From Candidatus Latescibacterota bacterium (GTDB lineage: Bacteria; Latescibacterota; UBA2968; UBA8231), in assembly GCA_965200315.1 (NCBI GenBank), contig OZ241362.1, positions 2,016,001 through 2,080,000 on the forward strand: 64,000 bases of DNA, written 5' to 3'. The position numbers were made by a program, and so were the translations under genes. Positions 38,266 to 46,706 of the stretch are shown here, piece by piece; position 1 is the first letter of the stretch, and every line of letters begins with the position of its first letter. The notes beneath the pieces were generated by a model. The model had not been told where the DNA came from. It ran no database searches and worked only from the letters and a program-made list of their open reading frames with translations.

Positions 38266-40929
38266 CTAGTTCAGCCCCGCGTAAATCGTCACAAAGGATT
38301 CGTTGGTCGTCTGCGCCTTCTGCCCAGTAAACTGCTTGCGCTCCACCTTCATGCCGGTCAGAGCGCGGAGCTTGTAGCCAAGGTAATTGGACTCGTTGCT
38401 GAACTGGACAGCTACAGTAACCGCGTCGAAGTCGTTGGCGTCGGCGTCGAAATCGTTGAAGATCGCGTATTCCACGCCAGCCTGGAGCTTGGTCACCTGC
38501 AAGACCTGCGTCTCCACCAAGCCCGAAAACAGCTCCATCAGACTGGTGTGGCTGTTGAGCGACAGCAGGCTGCGGCTCTGCTTGCGGAACTCGCTCTTCC
38601 AGCGCGGCTCTAACGACCACGCCCCGAGCTGAAAGCGATAGCTCGCTTTGTTGATCAGGCCGAAGAAGAAGTCAGACGGCGCCAAGCCGTATTGCTCGCG
38701 CTGGGCCTTGTCCATCTGCTGGTGAAAGTGGAGCCAGTGCATCTTGGTCGTCAAAAAGAGCGAGGCCACCTGCAGATTGTGGCCGACAAAAAGCTGGTTG
38801 ACCCAAGCGTCGCGCGCCAACAGCGGATCTTCGACCTTGGTCAGCTCGCCGCCGCGCAGCGTATTGTCCGGCGCCCACTGCAATAGTGGGTTGGGAATGT
38901 CGTCTTGGACCAACTTGCTCATCTCAAATACCCGCAAGCGGCCCAGCCGCGGCGCATCGCGCTCGTAGGTGAACATCAGGTAGTTGCTCTCGTTTTTGCG
39001 CGCCGAGGAAATCAGCCCTTCGCGCAGCGCCCCCACCACCAAGCGCGCCCGCGGCGTGATGTCGGCCCCGAGGTGGATGTTGAATCCCCGGTGATCCCGG
39101 CGATAGGGATAATCCGGCTCCTCGTCGTTTTCGTATTGATCGACCCAAAAGTTGTTGTTCATATCGACTCCAAAGAGAAACTCGGGCCGATCAACGTAAA
39201 ACCGCAGAAAAGCCTCCTCGTAGTCCGGCTCGGTATTCGAGCGCACGAACGTGTCGTTTTGGTTGAAATCGGGCACGAAGTCGTTGTTTTGATCCCAGCC
39301 CGGAAAAACCTGCTGATCGCCGCTGAGAAAGTCGAAGCGCACGTTGTCCGGGAATTTGTCCTGATCGTCGTTGTCATCGACCAAATCGACCAAGCCGCGC
39401 TCGTTGTCGTAGTCGAAGTCCCCGGTGCCCGAGGTGATAAAGGTCTGGGTGTTGTAGCGCGGGTCCATGCTGTAAAATTCGCCGAAGGCAAAATAGGGAG
39501 CGGCCTTTTTGGACACGTTGACCATCCAAGCTGGTGCCGAGCGCCGGCCGCCGATGCCAGAGAACGCCTCGTGGGTTTCCGTGAGCACGTTGGGGTACTT
39601 GCGATAGCTCCAACTCAAATCGTACTCGCCGTACAAGTCGAAACCCCGCAGGTCTTGCAACTCGACGCTGCCGCCAAAGATGTGGGTCGCCGTGGGCAGG
39701 CCGTATTCAAAGCGGATGGTCTGCAAGTTGGTGATGTCTTGGACATTGCCCTCGGCCTGCGCGACGAGCAACAAGACCTCCTGGCCGTCTAGGTTGATCT
39801 GGCGGTCCGAGGTCATCCAGACCTGATAGTCGTTGCCCAGCGTCAGCAGGAATTCGACTTGGGCGATTTCGTCCTTGGCAAAACGGGCCCGATCGACAAA
39901 ATCCGGGCTGTCGAAGTCGTACACTAATCGCATCTCCTCCGGCCCGTTGGCGGCCACAAAGCCCTGCTGCAAGAAGCCGCCCTCGATGATCGGCTCAAAG
40001 CCAATGGCCTTGCCCGATTCCACTGAGCCATCTCGATAGGTGATCTGCACGTCTGACGCATCTGGGAAAAACGCCGCGCCGCCCACGCCGTCTTCGGGCG
40101 AGTCGTCGCGCAGCACGAGCTTGACGAGCGAGATGGTTTTGTTCTGCCCGATGGTCAGCGAGCCGGCGAAGGGGTTGCCGGCCTGTTTGTCGAGCAAGGT
40201 GTGCGACTGATGGGCGTTGGCCGTGTGCAGCGCGACTTCGGCAAAGTCGCCGAGCTGGGCTCCCAACCGCCCGCCCGCCAAGATGGTGTTGTTGGTCCGC
40301 AACACCTCGCGGTCCCCGGTCGAGCCGCCGCCGGGGTTGCTCAGCCGCGAAAACAAAAAGGTTGCTTCGTAGCGGTCAGTAGCCAGATCGAACTGTACGC
40401 CGTCCATGCGGGCCTTGGCAAACACCATCGGCGACAGCACCGAGCGCAGGCGGCTGCTCGCCGTCAGGGTGTAGAAGTATTGGCCCTTGTTGTCTTGCGC
40501 CACCACGACTTCGGAAAACCAACTCTGGAAGCGGGAGGACTTGAACAGCACGTTGCCGAACTGCTGGGGCTTGCTCTGCGAGTTGTTGAATATCAGCCAG
40601 CCACGGGTGAGGAAATTGCCGTACAGATCGTAGAAGTAATCGCCCTCCAGGGTTGTTTCCACGTAGCGCTCATAAGGGTTGCGCGCATAGTTGGTGTACT
40701 CCCACTGCCGCCAATGGTACTCGCTGTACAGCTCCTGCGGCACATACCAGCGACGCACGGCCGGGTCGAGCGCGTTCAGGGACACCCCAGGGCCTTGGGG
40801 CGCGAGGCTCGTCTGGTCGTCGAGCTGCAAGCCCAAGCGCGTCCCGTACTGGCCCTGCGCCACGGCCGGCGCCCCAACCGCACTCCACAACATTAGGAGA
40901 CCGCAATAAATACCGGTCTTTGGTCTCAC
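38266..40929 (-). CDS. secreted ~890-aa hypothetical protein, probable outer-membrane beta-barrel (paralog 1)
   Basis: GTG 40929 after GGGAGG; signal peptide; LDPAVRRWYVPQE...EGDYFYDLYGN; ends FVTIYAGLN. Confidence 0.6.
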   Translation of the reverse strand: MRPKTGIYCGLLMLWSAVGAPAVAQGQYGTRLGLQLDDQTSLAPQGPGVSLNALDPAVRRWYVPQELYSEYHWRQWEYTNYARNPYERYVETTLEGDYFYDLYGNFLTRGWLIFNNSQSKPQQFGNVLFKSSRFQSWFSEVVVAQDNKGQYFYTLTASSRLRSVLSPMVFAKARMDGVQFDLATDRYEATFLFSRLSNPGGGSTGDREVLRTNNTILAGGRLGAQLGDFAEVALHTANAHQSHTLLDKQAGNPFAGSLTIGQNKTISLVKLVLRDDSPEDGVGGAAFFPDASDVQITYRDGSVESGKAIGFEPIIEGGFLQQGFVAANGPEEMRLVYDFDSPDFVDRARFAKDEIAQVEFLLTLGNDYQVWMTSDRQINLDGQEVLLLVAQAEGNVQDITNLQTIRFEYGLPTATHIFGGSVELQDLRGFDLYGEYDLSWSYRKYPNVLTETHEAFSGIGGRRSAPAWMVNVSKKAAPYFAFGEFYSMDPRYNTQTFITSGTGDFDYDNERGLVDLVDDNDDQDKFPDNVRFDFLSGDQQVFPGWDQNNDFVPDFNQNDTFVRSNTEPDYEEAFLRFYVDRPEFLFGVDMNNNFWVDQYENDEEPDYPYRRDHRGFNIHLGADITPRARLVVGALREGLISSARKNESNYLMFTYERDAPRLGRLRVFEMSKLVQDDIPNPLLQWAPDNTLRGGELTKVEDPLLARDAWVNQLFVGHNLQVASLFLTTKMHWLHFHQQMDKAQREQYGLAPSDFFFGLINKASYRFQLGAWSLEPRWKSEFRKQSRSLLSLNSHTSLMELFSGLVETQVLQVTKLQAGVEYAIFNDFDADANDFDAVTVAVQFSNESNYLGYKLRALTGMKVERKQFTGQKAQTTNESFVTIYAGLN

Positions 40930-40947
40930 GACAACCTCCCTTTGCAA

Positions 40948-41267
40948 TATAGCAGTCCTACATGACTTGCACGATTCGAGATGCGGATCGTCTTGTTGCT
41001 CCTATGCTGAGTCCATCGGCACATCATCTTATAGCCGCCCTCCATCCCCTAACGGGCGGTCGTCGCTGGTGGCTACGCCGGCCTCCTGTAGGCGTACTAT
41101 AGAGGCCATCAGAAGCACTCTTGACGCGCCCGTCGAGCGGCTGGTCGCCTAAGCTGTACGGCGTTTTTCGAGGGCAAGGTGCCCTCGGTCCCAGAGGGGT
41201 TGCACCGGGTGAAAGACCGAACCGGATGCGAGCCTGCAAGCCGCGCCCGTCGTGTGGGATTGCTATA
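40948..41267. mobile_element. MITE (320 bp) of the TATAGCA(G/A)TCC family inserted inside the operon
   Basis: Left TATAGCAGTCCTACATGAC; right end reverse-complements to TATAGCAATCCCACACGAC (16/19). First 23 nt are identical to the 17027 element. Confidence 0.78.
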
Positions 41268-41281
41268 TGAATGATGCGCAA

Positions 41282-44200
41282 TTAATAGACCACGGCGATG
41301 AGGCGGGTGCGGGTCGTCCCTCCGACCCCTTCTGCATCGGCCTCCACTGCGATCTGACACAAGTACAACCCCGGCGGCACCACCTGCCCGGCCGCGTCCT
41401 TGCCGTCCCACCTAAACTGCTGAGGCCCACCAGTCGCCAACCCCGTTAGCTTCCGCACCCGCTGTCCGGCCAGCGTGTACAGATGAATGGTCAACGGCCG
41501 TGCGGCCTGTACGCGGAACAGGGAAAAGCCGATCTCCGCAGTCTCGTTGATCCCGTCGCCATTGGGGGTAAACGGATTGGGTGCAATGGCAATATCGTCG
41601 ATGGTGGCCCGCGCCCCTTGCGCACCAATCGACAGGCTCTTGGAAGGGCTCAGGGCGGTCGCGTCGCCCCCGTCGGCCACCTGCCAAGGCGTCGCGGGCT
41701 GGCTCTGCCGCACAGCGACCTGCATTCGCGTCCCTTGCAGGTACACCCGCCCGGCAAAGCGCACGCGCAACAGCCGGCCGCGCCCCACTATCCACCCCCG
41801 CTGACTGCCCAATCGACCGTAGCTCCGCTCGTCGAGGCTGTCGCCAGCCGCATCAAAAGGCACCTGATCGCCCAGCCCGACGACTTTGCGGAAGTAGCGC
41901 ACCGGCCCTTGCTCGTCCGCGCTGAGCGCTTCGTAGGCCGCAGCATCTACTTCGGCCAAGCTGCCGTTTGCCAGCCGCTGAAAGTAGCGCACGGCACCCC
42001 GCTCGGCATCCGGCAAGAGGCTGTGCGAGGTAAAGGTCAACAGATTGCGATCCAAGCCAGTGGGCACCTCGTCGCCGGGCAGGACCGACCGGTAGTACAC
42101 GGGCGCGAGCACATCGTCCGGTGCGCCCTGCACAATCTGCGAGAATTCCAACCACAGCGAGTCGCCCTCGGCGTGTACTGTTAATTTATCGCCCCACTGG
42201 AGAGGCGTTCCGGCCAACAGTTCGGCCTCGGTGCCTATAACCGCATCGACGAACTTCAGCGCGAACAACGGCTCTGCGTACAAGATCAATTGGTCGAAGC
42301 CCGGGCTGCGCACGTTGGCCGGCTGCTGCAAAAAGTTGGGCTGCACGTAGAGCGCAAAGGTGTCGAGCACCCCGGCCTCGGCCGTGGTCGGCCACACCTC
42401 GGCCCGCAGGTGCTGGGCCACTGGCTGGTGGAACGCGACCGCGATGCGGTGCAGGGCGGCCGCGTTTTCGCCGCTGCTTTTGAGGCGCGCTTGGATCTGC
42501 ATGAAGCGCCGCAGGCCCGGCGAAGTAGCCAAGTCTTTAGGCTGCAAGTAGCGCTGGCTCCACGGACTCCAGCCCGGCCCCACCACCACGGTCGTGTCCG
42601 AAGGCCCCTTCAGAAAGCCGGCCAGCGTCCTGTACTCGTCCGCGGTCTTCTGGTTGCCAGTCTTGTCAAAATAGCGGATCTGCTGCAAAAGCTGGTCGCC
42701 GGTGCGAGTGCGGATCTCCGCATCCGTGCCCGGGGGCGTACTCGCCTCCCAATGCACCTCACCCAAAGCCACTAATCCCGGCAGCTCGATCAGACCCGAC
42801 TCCAGCACCACCTCGGCCGGTGCCCCCTCGGCGAGCAGCATGAGCTCGTGATGATACGACCAGAACTGGTTCATGTGGCCAGTGCCGCCCGGGCCGGTGG
42901 CCCTAAATCCCGGGGGCACGTGGCCGAGGGTGACCAAGTCGAGGAAGCGGGTCAAAACTGGCGGGTTTTGAATGTCGGCAATGTCGCGAAAGTTGCCGGT
43001 GAACACATTGCGCTCTCGTTCCTCCGGGTTGATGCGCTGCCACTTGAGATTGCCCTCGGCGTCGCGCTCGCCCGTGGAGGCGCGCATGATGTAGCCCCGA
43101 CTACTGCCCACTAAGCGGGTCTGAGCCAAGCGCACAATGCCTCCCATATCTATGGTCAGCACGTTGGCGGTGGGGTTTTTCGGGTTGCGGATCTGGTGTG
43201 AGAATCCAGTCCCGGCGTCGCCATCGAACGCAAGCAGCGTATTGGTCCCATCGGTCGTCAGCACGTACGAGCCGCCGTTTTCAATCAGGTTGATGGCCAA
43301 GTTCTCTCCCCAGCCGTGCGCTTCGACCTCGGCTAGGCGCGGCAACTCGCGGCGGTAGTAATCCCGTCGCCCTTGGCGCTGCTCTTCCAGAGCCTGATAG
43401 GTGGCCTCGTCCACCGGCTCCTCGCGACCAGCTACATCGCGCGCAAAATAGACGATATCCCCGCGCTCTGCTTCCGGCAGGGCCTCCCACGCCTCTTGAT
43501 CAATCTGTCCGGCCCGGCCGCCGCGCGTATCCGTGATGACGATGCGAATAGTCTCGATCTTTCGCCCGGCCCACTCGGGCGAGCGGTGCAAGCTCTCCGC
43601 CAGCTTCTTATCGCTGACTACGCCAGTGGCCGGAGGGAGTTCGGGGCTGGTGTGCTCGCTCTCGAAGATGTATTCGCGCTGCGTGGTATTGGGCGCGTCT
43701 TGCGGGATGAAGAGCTGGAAGCCAATGCGGCTGTTCGGCTCGTGCAACAGCGCGCTCTGCCGGTCCGACAGCAGCATGATGAAGCGCAGGAAGGGGTCCC
43801 CGAGCGACTCGTCGACGAACTGGAGCTTGAGCCGCTCCACCGGCACTACCCGCCCCAAGTCCACTTCGATCCACCATTGCTCAATGGGATCGCGTGGATC
43901 CGGCTCCCAGAACGTGGTGGGGTCGCCATCGAGGATGTTGGCCGCAAGCTGTGGATTGGACCCCACCCGGCTGATGCCAGGCCGCACCCAATAGTCGAAG
44001 ACCAGCTCGTTGAGCGTATTCCGTATCGGCTCGCCAAACACGTCGAACTGCATGGTGCTGTCGATGGTGCCGATGCGCGGGTCGGGCTTGCTGATGACTA
44101 CTGGACGCTTGAATCCGGGATCGTCTAGGACGTTGAAGACCGTCCGCAGCGCGTGCGCCCGCACCGCCCCGTCCTCGTGGATGCGTGCCAGATGGGTGGG

Positions 44201-44338
44201 AATAGACCACTGCTGCCAGTGGCTGGCCCGCTCGACTACGACTTCGTCACCGGCGATCTGATAGCCCGACTGGGCCTCGGCCCATGCCCAACTCAGCGCT
44301 AGGCCGACGAGGACCGGCACGGCGCAGTGGCTCTTCAT
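41282..44338 (-). CDS. large secreted protein with discoidin-like and TPNGDGxN/FlgD-Ig domains (paralog A)
   Basis: Signal peptide; ILDGDPTTFWEP...WWIEVDLGR, IRTRTG, WSPWSQRY, SPGLRRFMQ, PNPFTPNGDGINE, WDGKDAAGQVVPPGLY. Confidence 0.75.
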   Translation of the reverse strand: MKSHCAVPVLVGLALSWAWAEAQSGYQIAGDEVVVERASHWQQWSIPTHLARIHEDGAVRAHALRTVFNVLDDPGFKRPVVISKPDPRIGTIDSTMQFDVFGEPIRNTLNELVFDYWVRPGISRVGSNPQLAANILDGDPTTFWEPDPRDPIEQWWIEVDLGRVVPVERLKLQFVDESLGDPFLRFIMLLSDRQSALLHEPNSRIGFQLFIPQDAPNTTQREYIFESEHTSPELPPATGVVSDKKLAESLHRSPEWAGRKIETIRIVITDTRGGRAGQIDQEAWEALPEAERGDIVYFARDVAGREEPVDEATYQALEEQRQGRRDYYRRELPRLAEVEAHGWGENLAINLIENGGSYVLTTDGTNTLLAFDGDAGTGFSHQIRNPKNPTANVLTIDMGGIVRLAQTRLVGSSRGYIMRASTGERDAEGNLKWQRINPEERERNVFTGNFRDIADIQNPPVLTRFLDLVTLGHVPPGFRATGPGGTGHMNQFWSYHHELMLLAEGAPAEVVLESGLIELPGLVALGEVHWEASTPPGTDAEIRTRTGDQLLQQIRYFDKTGNQKTADEYRTLAGFLKGPSDTTVVVGPGWSPWSQRYLQPKDLATSPGLRRFMQIQARLKSSGENAAALHRIAVAFHQPVAQHLRAEVWPTTAEAGVLDTFALYVQPNFLQQPANVRSPGFDQLILYAEPLFALKFVDAVIGTEAELLAGTPLQWGDKLTVHAEGDSLWLEFSQIVQGAPDDVLAPVYYRSVLPGDEVPTGLDRNLLTFTSHSLLPDAERGAVRYFQRLANGSLAEVDAAAYEALSADEQGPVRYFRKVVGLGDQVPFDAAGDSLDERSYGRLGSQRGWIVGRGRLLRVRFAGRVYLQGTRMQVAVRQSQPATPWQVADGGDATALSPSKSLSIGAQGARATIDDIAIAPNPFTPNGDGINETAEIGFSLFRVQAARPLTIHLYTLAGQRVRKLTGLATGGPQQFRWDGKDAAGQVVPPGLYLCQIAVEADAEGVGGTTRTRLIAVVY

Positions 44339-44453
44339 TATCCTGCTTTCTCCCTCGCTCGCCGGCGGCTCGCCCGTGCCGCGACGCTTGCTAAAAAACT
44401 ATTAGGTAGGACCAAAGTATATATCTGTCAAGATAGCCGCGGCCGTCGCGCCA

Positions 44454-46088
44454 CTACCAATCCACCAAGACGGCGACTTGGTCCTGGTACTTATCCTGCA
44501 ACTGGCGAATAAACGCGCCGATCCGCTCGTTTTCCCGCTGTTGGCGCAAGCTGGCGGCCACCCGGCGGCGCACCTCGGCAAAGGGCTGAAGTTGGCCGCC
44601 CTCCCGCCTGAGCACCCGCAACACCGCGTACCCGTCCATGCTTGCTAGCGGGCCGACGAGTGCGCCGACCTCAGCGGCAAAGGCCGCCTTTACCAGCGCG
44701 GGATAGCGCGGCTCGTACAGGCGCAAAAGGCGCGTCTCCCAGCCGTGCTCGCGCACCCCGTGCCCCTCGACGCCGACGTGCGAGCGCACGCCGGGCCGGT
44801 CGAGCAGGTCGGCAATGGGCACACCGGCCTCCCACTCGGCGCGCAAAGCCGCAGCGTCCTCTTCCTCGGCGGTCCACAGCTCGTGGACCACCACGGCCTC
44901 CTGAGTGCGGTAGCGGTCTTTGTCAGCCTCGTAATGCGCTCTAATCTCGTCCTCGCTGGGCGCGGCCCCGGCTGTGGCCTGTTGGAAGAGCTGATTGAGG
45001 ATCAGGGCCCGGCGCTGGTGCTCGCGCCACTCGACAAAGGCGGCCGCCGCAGTCCAGCCGCGCTGGCGCGCCTCAGCCTCAAAAAGCCGCACCGGCAGCA
45101 GCAGGCGCCCGATCCGCTCGGCGGCTTGGGACTCGTCTTGCAGAGCGCCCTGCGCCCCCACCGCTTGCAGGCTGCCCAACCCCTCGGCCACGCTGATGGT
45201 GCCGCCTTCGTACGCATAGAAGGGGTGATTCAATTCGTCCGTCGTCAGGGGCCGGTCCAAACTCTGGAGTAAGATGGCCTCGCCCACTGAATCTAGGCGC
45301 ACCTCGTAGCGGAGCCGGAGGCGCTCAAATTCCTCTTCCTCCTTCTCTCGAGTCCGCTCCTTGCGCAGCCGCTCGGCCACTTCCTCGCTGTAATCGACGA
45401 GCGCGGCCGGGCGATCCTCGACAAAGCGGAAGACCTGATAGCCGCCGGCCAGCGCGACTGGCTCAGCCACCTGCCCAGCGGGCAAACCCGCAAAGACGGT
45501 GGGCGGGATGGAGAAACGCCGTGCGGCTTGCGTGCGCCCGATCCAGCCGACCACGCCGTCGCCTTGCGCGGCGAAGAGGTCGTTGGCGGCAAAGCGCGCA
45601 GCTACTTGCTCAAAGGGTTGGCCCGCACGCAGGTCGCTCCCGACCGCCGCTAGCTCCTCGCGGGTGCGCACCAAGATGCGACTGAAGAGCCGCTCGCGGT
45701 CAAACCCCATCTCGGCGAAGGCGCGCTCGACATCTTCGGCTGTGATCTTCACCTGCGGCACAATGACTTGGGCTCGGTAGCGCTCCACGAGGCGCTGGCG
45801 CACCATTTCGCGGAGCTGGTGTGCAACCGCCAAGCTGGTGTCGATCCCGCGGGCGCGCGCCTCGACAAACATTAGCTCCTCGTCGATCATCGACTGCAAG
45901 TGCTCTCGGTCGGCTGCGCGTCCTTCCTTGGGGCTGCGCAACCCCGGTGGCAGGCGCTCGACAAAAGCTGCAAACTCCGCCTGCTCAATCTCCACCTCGC
46001 CGACCCGTGCGACGATGGTCTCGTCCTCGCTGCATCCCACCAACAACAGGACCAGCGCACTCCAAAACCTATTCGATAAATAGCGCAT
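44454..46088 (-). CDS. SurA/PrsA-like PpiC-type peptidyl-prolyl isomerase lipoprotein (two rotamase-like units)
   Basis: Lipobox LLLVGC; IVARVGEVEI, SMIDEELMF.EAR.RG, RILV, FEQVAARF, GQVAEPV; second unit AFAAEVGALVGPL. Confidence 0.78.
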   Translation of the reverse strand: MRYLSNRFWSALVLLLVGCSEDETIVARVGEVEIEQAEFAAFVERLPPGLRSPKEGRAADREHLQSMIDEELMFVEARARGIDTSLAVAHQLREMVRQRLVERYRAQVIVPQVKITAEDVERAFAEMGFDRERLFSRILVRTREELAAVGSDLRAGQPFEQVAARFAANDLFAAQGDGVVGWIGRTQAARRFSIPPTVFAGLPAGQVAEPVALAGGYQVFRFVEDRPAALVDYSEEVAERLRKERTREKEEEEFERLRLRYEVRLDSVGEAILLQSLDRPLTTDELNHPFYAYEGGTISVAEGLGSLQAVGAQGALQDESQAAERIGRLLLPVRLFEAEARQRGWTAAAAFVEWREHQRRALILNQLFQQATAGAAPSEDEIRAHYEADKDRYRTQEAVVVHELWTAEEEDAAALRAEWEAGVPIADLLDRPGVRSHVGVEGHGVREHGWETRLLRLYEPRYPALVKAAFAAEVGALVGPLASMDGYAVLRVLRREGGQLQPFAEVRRRVAASLRQQRENERIGAFIRQLQDKYQDQVAVLVDW

Positions 46089-46647
46089 CGATTTCCATCT
46101 CTAGATCTGCATCCGTGCGTTCAACCTCGCCGGCCGCCGCCTCTATGGCTTTGGCGCGATTGCCCGTCGTGCCGCGCGGGCGCACAACCAGCCGATCATC
46201 GATTAGTGCGACCCGTTCGGTCCCGGCGTAGTCGGGCGGGATTGCAAAGAGAAAGGCCGCCAGCGGCAGGGTGGCGGCCATCTCGGCCTCGATAAAGCCG
46301 CCCCGTTCCTCGGGGCCGCGCACGCCCCGCCACCGCACGGCCGAGGCTTCGCCGTGCCCGGGCATGCCGTTTTTGGCCTCGGCCTCCGAGACCGAAGCCC
46401 AGCGGTCTAAGCAGAGGAAATGCCCCATGGACTGCGGCCCTTCCCCGGCTCTTTCGCGGCCCCATGAAAGCGGGTTGACCCCCTGATCCCGCAAGTGGAA
46501 ATTCACAATTGAGCCGCCCAGCAAATCGACCACTACTTGAGCCGCCGCGCCGTCGAGCACCAAGGCCGGCCGACCTTTGACCGCGGCCTCGGCTAGGGCT
46601 ACATTCGCGCCGTGTAGTGCTGCCATAAGCAAAAATATCCTTATCAT
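46069..46647 (-). pseudogene. secreted aldose-epimerase-like hypothetical protein, probably internally deleted
   Basis: Signal peptide; VVDLLGGSIVNF, MGHFLCLDRW, GMPGHGEAS; then an abrupt jump LPL|AAFLFAIP. Short for this fold. Confidence 0.45.
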
Positions 46648-46706
46648 CGCCATATAGGTCGTTCCTTAATGATTAACAGATATTGCGTACCCTTCGTGAG
46701 ACAAGT

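Noticed and set aside
41080-41267. Riboswitch or ncRNA in the structured intergenic region
   Set aside because: The structure lies within MITE TIRs and matches no riboswitch consensus I can verify.
32387-44338. Flagellar hook-capping FlgD genes
   Set aside because: Only the C-terminal FlgD-Ig-like sorting domain is present on large secreted proteins. No flagellar genes are nearby.
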